From contig NC_045696.1 in the NCBI RefSeq assembly GCF_009834535.1, positions 120,158,001 to 120,222,000 on the forward strand: 64,000 nt of DNA, written 5' to 3'. Under the pieces are notes generated by a model. It did not search any database and had not been told where the DNA came from. It saw nothing but the letters and a program-made list of their open reading frames with translations. Origin of the DNA: Camelus ferus. Lineage: Eukaryota. The translations under genes were made by a program, and so were the position numbers. Below, in pieces: positions 42,801 through 54,800 of this stretch (position 1 is the stretch's first letter; each line of letters opens with the position of its first letter).

Positions 42801-45800
42801 AAAATGAACACCCCCCAGCAAGGTGCACAGTGAGATTAGCCCACTTTTCCATGTGTTTGGGCTCTTGATAACATCAGAATGTGAAGGCTTGTCCTTAGCC
42901 TTTATATGGAGAAAGAAAAGGTTGATTTTTCAAAGGAGATCAATTTCCTGACAGCTCTTCTCATTCCCCTTTTAGGATTTAAAATTAGTTGGGTGAATTA
43001 AAACACAGAAGCAAATGTTAGTGTGTGTCAGATTCAACTGGAGAGGAGGTTAAAAATGTAGATACTGAGGACTCACATCCCGATGGAGGGAGTTTGGTGG
43101 GAGCGTGTTGGGTGCTTCAGGGTGATGAGGCTGCTTGATTCAAGTGTGATGAATGAGATCGTGGTGGGTCAGAGCACCTTCATTTGTGCCTCCATCGGCA
43201 TCCAAGATGGTCTTGTGGGTACATGGAAAAGAAATCGCTCTATAAAAATTGGTTGAATTTAAATTTCATCTGTGGACCAGGGACCAAGAGGAAGGCAAGG
43301 ACCGCCAGGAACTTTGGGAGAAAAAGGCTCACCGGGTGCTCAGGTAGGTTTGAGAGACTGACAGCTACAACATAGCTGCTCGTTACCAAGGGCCGGTTCA
43401 TGCACCTGCGTGTTCCTGGGCAAACAACATAAGGCTACCCCGTTTGTTCTGGGATCTGTGGGCATCAGGAATTTCTAGAAAGAGCTGTTTCAAGGAAGTA
43501 GCCCTTGATCACCAGCTCCGTACCCCTTCTACTCTAGGCGTTTGGGGGAATACACTGATCAATGAGACTGGGCTTGAGCCTCAAAGGTGTGTGACACAGG
43601 CTTATCCTTATGTAGAGTGCAAGAGAAAAACAGTAGTGTAAAGGAGGGTAAATGACTAACGTCTTCCTCACAATCATACAAGGAAGTATTACTTAAAATC
43701 ACCCTACTTTTATAGAGATGAGGAAACTGAGGCTCAAAGAGATGAAATGACTTTTCATCTGGATCGTTTAAGTGGCTGGACTTGGCCTCCCACTTGGGTC
43801 TTTCTTTCTGGTGCCTGATGAGAGCCTCGCCCACTCGGTCTCCCGGGGCTCGTGGAAGGGTCAGATCAGACTGAGGCAGGCGATCAGGCGCGGCTTCCTA
43901 CAGAAGGAGTATTTGAGAGAGCTTGAAACACCTGAGCAGCACGATGTAAGTCAGGGGTTAGAGTACCTGGAGACTCAAACAGCAGCTCCAAGAAGGCCTG
44001 AGCCACCTCTCTCTTGTTCGGGAAACCTCTAGCCTCATAACCGATGGTATTGTTTTCATTCTCATTTGATCGTATTTTTAATTCAGAGCGGCTAAAATCC
44101 AGGCATTTGTCTTCCTAATCTCTTAACCAGATGGTGTTCTTCCCCTCTGGTAGCCAGATCTTCCCTCCCGTTCTTGATATGTGGGGGAGGTGACTTCTTG
44201 CACAGAACACCCTGCTCCTCCGCCCCAAGCCCTCAGCTCAGAGGCTACATGTGTGTATGATGCACTTTGGAAGATGAAATTAATTGTCTAAAACATTACA
44301 GATCATTTGGGTTGTGGTGTCATTACAGGGGAATGCTGGGCTTCCAGGGCCAAATGGTTCCAAAGGAAAAGACGGACCAAGAGGAATGAAGGTAAGTGTC
44401 AGAAAACACACCTTTCCTTGACTGCAGCTTGGGGTCTCGTCTATGAATTATGAGATCACTTCTGGCATGAGTGTCTGATGCCGTTGGCAACGATACTGAC
44501 TGTCCATTACCTCACAGCTGGATAGGCGGATATAGACAAGGGAAGATGTATAGACAAGACATACAGGAAGATGGACAGATAGAGGGTCACACAGATCACT
44601 AGACAAGGACACAGCAATAGATAGATAAACATAAGGACTCAAATATAGAGTCATACACGTGCCCCTAGAGAAAGCCATGGTGATGTGAAGTTCTGTAACT
44701 GGCACTGCGTACCTGGGCTTGCTAATTCTCAGCACCAAAATCTTTCCTAGATTTGCTAGTTACCTGTATTTAACAAAGTCTAGAGGAAGATACTGACCTT
44801 AGACTGTAGGATGATGCCAATAGGACTTAAAAAGAGTGACTGAAACATATCCGAGGAAAATGAAATAACATTGCATGAACTCACAGCAGAAAATTACTTT
44901 TGTGTTTACCTTTCATCGTACAAGGGAGAGCGTGGTGTTCCAGGAGAAAGAGGACCACTGGGTCAACAAGGACCAAGAGGGCAACCTGTAAGTCTAGAGT
45001 CTCTGTTTTGGATTCCTGATCGAATTGTTTGTTGTTTGTTCTTGTTTCACACAAAATTCTAATATTCTTGATAAATATTTGGGGTTACATATATGTGATC
45101 ATCACTAGAGCTGTTGTGAATCCACTCAGTCCAGAGATTCCCAAACTCCTCAGATTAACAAAGAATCCAAAGATGCTTTGGAATTTATCCTGCCTTCTCA
45201 CATGTTGTTGAAAAGGGAAGTTCCAAGGACCCTCTTCTCTTTGGAAGACCAAGATGTCTTAGGAGCATTTGAGCCTTTAGGAATACAGACATGTTCAAGG
45301 AAACAATATTTTTCCCCTAGAGAAATAAATAAGACAGCCAATCAGAGTTGCAGACTTAAATTTTAAGAGGCTTTGGAGACCAAGGATGGTCTGCAGGCTA
45401 TGCATTTATACCTTAGTCATCTCTCCAAACACGAGAGTAAGTTAGTTATTTCGTGACTCTTTCCAATTCGCCGCCTCACAGGAATTAGCTTTATGATAGG
45501 GCATAATGTTGTCTTTCCTGCAGCTCACATTTCTGAGATTTCTTTCATCACGGAGGACCTGCTCTTGTTCCGCACTCAGCACTGAAATTGCATCTGTTGT
45601 TAGCAACGAGAGGAAACAAAAACAGGCCTAAGAAACTTAAACTTTAATGCGGAAAGGGAAAGAAAAGAACGAAAGAATGGGATTACTATCAAGTGTGGCA
45701 AATAACGTTTAGCATCTATACTCAACTCAGATGATGACCTTAATACTGTTCAACTTAATAAAGAATCCTGATTTAAAACAATGCAACTTTCGCCTCCTGA

Positions 45801-48800
45801 CCTCTCCCTGGGCCAGACAAGCTGAGGAGCAATGCCTTTCTTGAAGGCGTCACATCAGAGGGGACATCTCCAAAATGCTCGGTTTGGGCACCTGGGGCTG
45901 CCAGTGCTGGAGACACGGCATGTCCGTCTGCAGAGAGAAGCTGGAATAACAGCAACTGAATCTCATTTGCATCCTTTCCCCCCTGCAAATAATTTATTTT
46001 GGGCCATTTTCTTTACCTTGTTTTCTTTCTTTTCTAATAGTTCACATTTTCCTCCTTAAGTTATAGCACTGATTTTTATGGCTTAAAATTTTAAAATCTT
46101 TCTTCTTTGTTGATCTACTTGATGTAGGTGCCATCTTTGTCCATTTAGCGAAAAATATCTCAAAGGTTTCTGAATTCACTCTTTATTATGGAATGCTGAC
46201 TGTCTGTATGTTCGGATGCTAAGATCCCAGCAGTATGATCAACGTTTTCATAATCATGAACATCACCACATTGATTTCCCTCCCCACTGCCTCCACTGTC
46301 AACAACACCATCATCACCATCACCATCACCACTACCACCGTGAACCACCTGCACCTCCACCGCCACCATCACCACCACCATTAACCCCCCCACCAGCATC
46401 ACCGTTACTACGGCCACTGTGAGCAGCAGAATCAGGGCCACTTATCAAGTACTTTCTGTGTGCCTGACATCATGCTTTCCATGTACAATCTCACTTAATC
46501 TTTCCCCCCTCCAAAGTTGTCTTCATACCTAGAGATTTACCAGTTTGGGAGCTTCTTCTGTTGTTACTCTATCCTACAAAGAAAGCAGGTTTAGCTCAAG
46601 GGGAGTTTTTGTGCAATGATTTGGCTTCCTGCAACCAAGGTAGCCTCTTGCTGAGGTCAGAATCTTGCTGAAGATGGGGTTAAAAATTAAAGCACACACA
46701 CACAAGCTTACTTATCTCATGGTCTTTCAAAGTTTTAAACCCTTACCACCTCCTCACCCTAGGAAGGCAGTCTAATGTTTATCCTACAAAGGTGGGATAA
46801 ACCTCTGCCAAGCCCATTCTGCCCCCCCCCCGCCTCTTTGCACTGCTGATTTATCTGCGTTCAGATGATTTTATTGACCAATTATTGATCTGGATGACTC
46901 TACAATTCATTGTGTATTATTTTCTTAGGGTCTTTCTGGCCCAGATGGATATGGACATCCAGGAAGAAAAGGAACAAAGGTGAGGGTTACCTTTCAGAGA
47001 ATTCTCAACCAAGGACCAGAGTTTTTATTTTATTTTACTAGAATAAGGGTTATTACCCAAGCATATGCCGGAAATCATTTCTATAGGTTGTTTATGACAT
47101 TTCGTAGCTGCCACAGTTCCCTCCTTAAAAAATGAAAGCTGATTTTACTTCTCCCTTATTTAAAAACCAAACTCCTTACCTCATCTTCCACCTGTGCCGG
47201 ATGGTCCCACCCCAGCTCCGGGTGTGCCAGACCCTTTCTCAGTGTCTTACCTTTGCAAATACTCTTGCTTCTCTTTGGGATGTCCCTCCCCATTTCCCTC
47301 TTCTGGACAATTTGTACTCCTTTTCTGAGACCACCGTCTTCTCCATGTGGATGCCCCCCTGAGCTTCCCCAGACAGAATGCATGGTGCTGCGCTCAGTGT
47401 TCCTAAATAAAGCACCTCGGTCCTTCATCTCAGGGAGTGGAGACTCCATCCTGCCAGTTACTCAAGACAGATGCTTCTGTCGTCTTAAATAAGTCTCTTT
47501 CTCTTACCCGCTGCACTTAATCCATCAACAAACAATGGTGAGTCTGTCTTCACAGTCTGTCCAGCATTGCACCACATCTCACCACCGCCGTTGCCACCCT
47601 CTGGGCCAAGCCAATGTGATTTTCCACCTGGATTAAGGCAGTAGCCACCTACATGTTCCCCCTGCTTCTGCCCCCGCCTCCTCTAGTGAGCTCTCCTCGC
47701 AGGAACCAGAGCCATCCTTTAAACACATGTCAGATCCTGTCACTCTTTTACTCCAAGCCCGGCTGTGGCTTCTGATGTCATTCAGAGTTTCCCTACTGTT
47801 ACATGGCCTACAAGACTCCACGTCATCTGGCCCCTCCGTGAGCTCTCCGACTTGGTCGCCTCCTGCCCCTCCCCCGCCCCTCATTCTGCTTCACTGCTCC
47901 TCCAGCACAGCACACGCTCACGCCCTTTTCGAGGTCTTCACATCCTCTCTCCTCCCCCGGGATGCTCTTCTCCCCAGATATCTGCTTGGCTTGCTTCCTC
48001 AGTTCATGCTGGTCTTTACCCAAATGCCACCTTTACAAAAAGGTTTTGCCTGACCTCCTTATATAAAATAGTTACCCCCTTGCCCCTACCCGTGTCATTC
48101 TTTATTCCTTAGTCCTTTTTCTGGAATAGCACTGAGCTCCCCCTGACAGACTGTGTATCTCTTCCTCACTAGCAGGTCGGTTCCCTGATAGCAGGGTCTT
48201 TGGTCTGTTCACCACTGACTTCCTGGTGCCTAGAGGAGTGCCTGGCACAGAATAGGTGCTAAGTGAATATTTGTTGAGTGAATTCTTGCTTTGTAGTCCG
48301 TCTTTGGTCTGACAGTGAGCACCTGCCTCCCAGCAGTCGGTGTGGTGGCCCTTCCCTTCCCTTTGGTTTCCATTGGATCATCCCTCTGGTTATTTAAACC
48401 TATAGATTGAAAAATGCTTGAGAGGAAAGTTTCATTATCAAGGAGGGAGGAAGAATTTGTAAAACTCAATTACACTGGATAATTGAAATACAATATAGCC
48501 ATTTGGGAGTAACTCAAGAAAACAATTGTGTGATAGTTTTTTTTTTTTTTCTGGCACCTATTTTGAGTCTATTTCCAATGATAGTTTCTTCTTTTTTCCC
48601 CCCCAAGGAATGTCAAAGAAAGATCTTAATCACATGACACTAAATAAGACCTTATCTCATTTCTGACACTAGGGTGAACCTGGATTTCCTGGCTACCCTG
48701 GTGCACAAGTAAGAAGATATCTTTAAGCTCCTGGCACTCCGGTATGCAGAATGTGTCATTTGTTTGCACTTGTTATTTTTCTTTACACTCAAGGTCCTAC

Positions 48801-51800
48801 TTTTGATTCTTTTAAGGGAGAAGATGGTGATCCAGGCCCCCAAGGAGAAAAGGGGGCAAAAGGAATCAGAGGGAAGAGGGTAAGAACCAAGGGAATGTCC
48901 CCAAACCCACAGAAGGTCACATCATGACACTTTCCTCACAGGAATGTACTCCCACTGGGTTAATGGACTTCTTAGCAGGAAGCCCGTGTCCTCCTCAGGA
49001 CATCCTGCACCTTCCTTGGTCACTCCCTGCTTAGTCCCGCTGTCCTTCGTCTTCTGAAGGCAAATGCAGCTCACCAAACCATAACGACAGGAAATTGAAG
49101 TTGGAGGTTCAGTTATGCAATATCAACCTTAAAAAAGCAAAGTTGGGGGCACCGCTGTCTTTGGTAAATCTGGACATCATTTGGAAGTGTATCGCTTTAA
49201 CTGCAAGGCAAGCATTACCGTTTTTTTTTTAAGATTCTTCCAAGGACTAGACTCTTCCAGATTAGACTGTCAAGAATGCGGCTGCCATCTTGGTGGACTC
49301 TCAGTCATGTTTTCACCGTGCTGTTTAGAGAATCTACCAGGAAAAGCCATTCCGTTAGGTTCGGAAGAGTCAGTCTTAAAGAGCCGCAATCATTGGCAGC
49401 TCTTTTTGGGAAGGGTAACCCTGTGGATATCTAAAACCTTGGTTGTTTAGCTGATAAACATTAGAGAGGAAGGCCTTCTGGGAAAAGGCCATGGACTAGT
49501 GTTCAGGGCAGAAAAGGGAAATGGAAAGAGGATGTGTACCCTCTGGGCACTCAGTAATTGATGTTTTCATACCCTGGCAAGGACATAAAGAAAAATCTGA
49601 TCTACGCCTAACTTGGCTTGCTGCTGGCTAGGATTAGCCTGCTCCCTGCTCGGAAGGACTTCTCTCTCTTGTTTAAAATTAAAAAAGATAAAGCACCAAT
49701 TACGTGCAGATCACGCTGTATCCATTCAAATACCTGTAAGATGGGCAGTGAGTCGGTGGTTAGCATATACTTTTTCTGAGACACTGAAGACCAGAAGGTA
49801 ATGGGGGAGTTTCTTTTCTCCTGATGCCTGGCCCTCGATACACATTTCCTGCATTCTTTTAATTACATGACCTGGAGCCTCAGCGGAGTATTGAGAAGCG
49901 ACTTAAGGCTCTGTTCGGATGTGTGTGTGTGTGTGCGTGCGTGTGTGTACACCTGTTGCCAGGGGTCAGGTATGTAGGGGGATTGAGGAGATTCCCTCAA
50001 AGAGACTCCCTTCTCTTTCTAGCCTCTGGGTCTCACTCCACTGATCACGGTTCATAAACTGACTGGTCCATAGCAGCCTCACTGGACCTTAGATATATGA
50101 CACCTTGGAATCCCAGAGCAGGTCTGTTGGTTTTAATCACGTTGTGTTCATGGTGGGGGCAGCGGCTTATTCCTCTGGTTTTGCTCCTTTTTAGGGGAAT
50201 GCTGGACTTCCTGGGTTTGTTGGAACTCCAGGAGACCCAGGCCCTCCAGGACCAGTGGTAACGTGGACTTCTTCTTTCTTTTATTTTCAACCTTTCTGTA
50301 AAAACAAATAAGGATTTGACAAGAGGCATCTCTAAGAAGAAATGAACGTTTCAAATGCACAGTTGGAGCTCCATAGGGAGTGGGTCAGATTTGCTTTAGA
50401 GGACATTAGCCTCAAGTCCTTACACAGTATGGTACTTATTAAGTATAGATATTTTGACTTAATGTGGGGAAGATTTTAGAGTGGCTGGAGATTTATTTAT
50501 TTTTAAATTTATTGAATTACAGTTGATTTACACTGTTGGGTGGAGATTTATTAATCTGTCTAAATACACAAAAAACAATTTGTAAAACTCACTAGAGAAT
50601 GAGTTTATCCATGTAATCCAGATGCATAACAATAATTATGCAAAAACCAGAAAGAACTCCTAACAAAATCTGACATTTATATAATCTTACCTGAACGGAC
50701 GATGTTGCAAGCCCACAGAGCTTTCTAAAATTCCCTGGAAGGTACTTGGTCTGAAAGGAAAGTCTCAAGGCTGTTGTTGTTTCACCCCATATCTCGTCCT
50801 AAGAGACTAGGCCATCGTTCATGGAGGATGGGACGGTGAGGTGGCTGGGGGCTGGACCAGGTGGTTTCACTGCAGTTTGGGGTTTACCGGAGGGGTGCAG
50901 CTGAAATCTTAAAAGTAGAATAAAAACATCTTAAAAGCAGAAGGACCACTCATGCCCATTTCACAGATGAGGAAAGAAAAGCTGAGAAGATTTTAACGAG
51001 TGGCTGGAAGTCACAGATGACTACCTTGCAGAGTCCAAATAAGAACAAAGATCTTAAGACTCCTAGAGTGGCTGGGGTCAGGTGGCTCTGTTCTGAAGGC
51101 TCGTGCGACACTAGGGAGTAGATAGAGTGGTGGGGGGTGGCCGGAGGAGAAAGGATGGGAGGACTGGGGTCTACCTGAGAGCTGCCTATAAATGGTCCTG
51201 GGGTCTTGAATGGTCCTTTCCTGAATTTGTCCCAGACTGTGGCTTGGTCTTTAAATAAATGGTCTTCTAGGAGTCTTTATGTACCATCTCCCTGGGCATC
51301 CTGCACTCCAGGGTTTGGGACTCATCTCCTAGACACTCTGACTCCTTCCTTAAGGAGTCAGACAGAACTCCAGGCCCAGGAGTGATGCAGAAGGTGTTCT
51401 GTGTAACACGGTGAACCTTCTCAAACTCTCTTGCCAACTTTTTTTTAACACCTTTATTGTGGTGTGGTTCCTGTACAGTAAACTGCACACATTTCAGACG
51501 TACAGTTTGATGAATTTTGATAGATGTAGACACCCAAGAAACCACAACCACAATCAAGGTAGCTAACATTTCCATCGCTTTCCAAGAGGTGCAATTTTTG
51601 AATTCCCAATTTATCTCTTCCCACCCTCTTTACCTGCTGGTAACCATAAGTTTGTTTTCTATGTCCAGAAATCTGTTCCTGTTTTGTAGATAAGTTCATT
51701 TGTGTCTTTTTTTTTTTTTTTTTTTTTTTTTTTAGATTCCACATATCAGCTTTATCACATGGCATTTTTCTTTTTCTTTCTGGCTTACTTTACTTGGTAT

Positions 51801-54800
51801 GACGCTCTCCAGGTCCATCCATGTTGCTACAAATGGCATTATTTTATTCTTTTTTATGGCTGAGTAGTATTTCATTGTATAAATATACCACAGCTTCTTT
51901 ATCCAGTCATCTGTCGATGGACATTTGGGTTGTTTCCATGTCTTGGGTATTGTAAATAGTGCTGCTATGAACATTGGGGTGCATGTGTCTTTTTGAGTTA
52001 TATTTTTCTCCGGATATGTACCCAGGAGTGGGATTGCTGGATCATATGGTAGATCTATTTTTAGTTTTTTAAGGAATCTCCATACTGCTTTCCATAGTGG
52101 CTGCATTAGTTTACATTCCCACCAACAGTGTAGGAGGGTTCCTTTTTCTCCACAGCCTCTCCAGTATTTATCATTTGTAGACTTCTTAATGATGGCCATT
52201 CTGACGGGTGTGAGGTGACACCTCATTGTAGTTTTGATTTGCATTTCTCCAACAATTAGTGATGTTGGGCATCTTTTCATGTGCTTGTTGGCCATCTGGA
52301 TGTTTTCTTTGGAGAGATGTCTATTTAGGTCTTCTGCCCATTTTTGGATTGGGTTGCTTGTTTCTTTGATATTAAGCTGTATGAGCTGTTTGTATATTTT
52401 GGAAATTAGTCCCTCGTTGGTCACATCATTTGCAAATATTCTCTCCCATTCTGTAGGTTGTCTTTTAGTTTTGTTGATGGGCTCCTTAGCTGTGCAAAAG
52501 CTTTTAAATTTAATTGGATCCCATCTTCACTGTACTGTATTGGAATTCCAGAATCTTGCATTTTGAACCCATTTCTGTTCCTTCCAGGGCATCAAGGGCC
52601 CCCAAGGTTTGGCAGATATGACGGTATGTGAAGATTTTAATTCTAGACTTGATTATTTTCAGAACACAGTTTTCCACTTTCACAAAATAGAACTCTGTAA
52701 AGGTTCCTTAGTTTCTTCTTTTACAAGTTCTTAGTTTACAGACTTTGCTCTGGTAGGGTATGACCAAATCAAATAAAAGGAGCAGAATAATATTTTAAAT
52801 GCTGAAATAATATCTTAAATAATTTAAAGTGTAGAATAAGAGTCTAAATCTGGATATTTTAAAGTAACACTAGTTGACGTAAAATGAAAGACTTTGAGGC
52901 TACTAGCCCTGTGCAAAAAAAAAAAAAAAAAAAAAAAGAAAGAAAGAAAGCCTTTTTGTAACTTCAAAAATTGCTTATAAAGTATTTATAAGTCAACACA
53001 TAGTGTACTACAGACCACTCTGTCTTATGGTCCACCTGGAACCAGTCTCAAAAGTTACGATGATTTTTCATCTCCCAGGAGCAAGGTACCTATGGGGGAG
53101 GCGGGGGCAGATCTTGGGGCACTTGAGAAGCCAGAAGTGGTGAGGTCGAGGGAAGAACAGCATTGAGAGGACGAAGCAGAATTCCAGGGGAGGTGTTGGG
53201 GTTGGAGGGTCTTGGCCGCCATTCTAAAGAAGTGTCACAGGAATCACTAATACACAGCTCCAAGACTTGAAGGCACTCCTCTGCCTTCTGTGCTGAGATT
53301 CCTGGAACTCAACTTCTTCAAAAGCAGATTTGATTCCTTCAGGGGGAAAAAAAAAAGAGGTCCCCTCATCTGCCTGTCTCTAATCAAATGGGCACTCTAT
53401 TGTATATAAAATGCTACAAATATTTTAAAATATCCACTGGATCTAGAATGATAACTTCTGGGGAGTTCCATCTGCTGTAAGAACTTTTGGGTTTCCTTTT
53501 GTGGATTCAGAAGCTTAAGATAGGCACTGATAACATCCATATGGCATTTCTAAGTCACGAGGGTGAGGAGAGATATGCTTCAAATTAAATACCGTTTCCT
53601 CTCTTTCTCCATCTTTCTCACAGCCTTGCGAAATCATCCATCTTGCTCGAGAAAACTGCCGTAAGTTGTGTGGGAAAGGCTCCAAAGGAGCCAGTGATGT
53701 GAAGTGGGGATGGATCGTGGGCTGGGGACAGAAGTCATCTGGGGATTTGACTGAGGTGGTCCATCATAGAAGGCTATTATAAATTAACATTCAGCTCAGT
53801 CCCCACCTTGGGTAAGTCATCGTCCCCAGTGTGGTCTGAAAAATGAAGTGGGTGAAAGGCAGGAAGAAAAATTCCACCACGATATGGCGCCTCACGCAAC
53901 ACACTGACAATCATACACCTGCGTGTCTGAAGCTCAGCGTTTCTTTATCACAAGACAGGCAGAGAGGAGCTCTGTTCTTTTATTTCCTCCGTTTAAAGAA
54001 GAGGGATTAATGGAGAGCCTTTAGTAATGAACGTGACCTTTTGCATATCTTTTTTTTTTACATTTTTTATTGAGTAATAGTTATTTTACAATGTTGTGTC
54101 AAATTCTAGTGTAGAGCACAATTTTTCAGTCATACATGAACATGTATATATTCATTGTCACATTTTTTTTTCACTATGAGCTACCACAAGATCTTACATA
54201 TTTTTCCCTGTGCTGTACAATACAGTATAATCTTGTTTATCTATTCTGCAGAATGTGACCTTTTGAATTAACATTTGTTTTAAAAATGGAAATATGAATC
54301 ATTGAATCCTAAGTAATGCCTTGTCACATTCCCAGATTGGAATTCATTTACTGTCCTTAATGTTCTCTGGGATATTTGCATCCTATAATATGCACATTTC
54401 TCTGCTCACTGGCAACAGGGAGAGAACGCTGATCTGGCAAACTGCTTAGCTGGATTTTCTCCACTATCATCCTGCCCTGTAAGATGCTAACTCTTCCACG
54501 TTCTGTCCATTCCCATCCAGTTGCTGTTCAAGGAGATCTGGAATCTTTTTTCCTTGAAATCATAAAGAATAATACCGTTATCTTGACCACCAAGGGAAAG
54601 AGTCTCAGAGTTGGCTGTGTAAAAAGTTAAACCCCTTTTGCATTCAAGAGCACCTGTGAAGTCCAAAACAAACAGAAAAAAGGGGAAAAAATATGCACTG
54701 CAAGCCATGAACCCAGGCAAAGTTCCTATCTTTTTTACCCTATCATGTTGAAATATGTAAACTCGCTGCTACTCAACCATTTTCATCTACAAACACAGAG

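Noticed and set aside
46160..46441. Poly-His/Pro ORFs
   Set aside because: Produced by the low-complexity CAC repeat.
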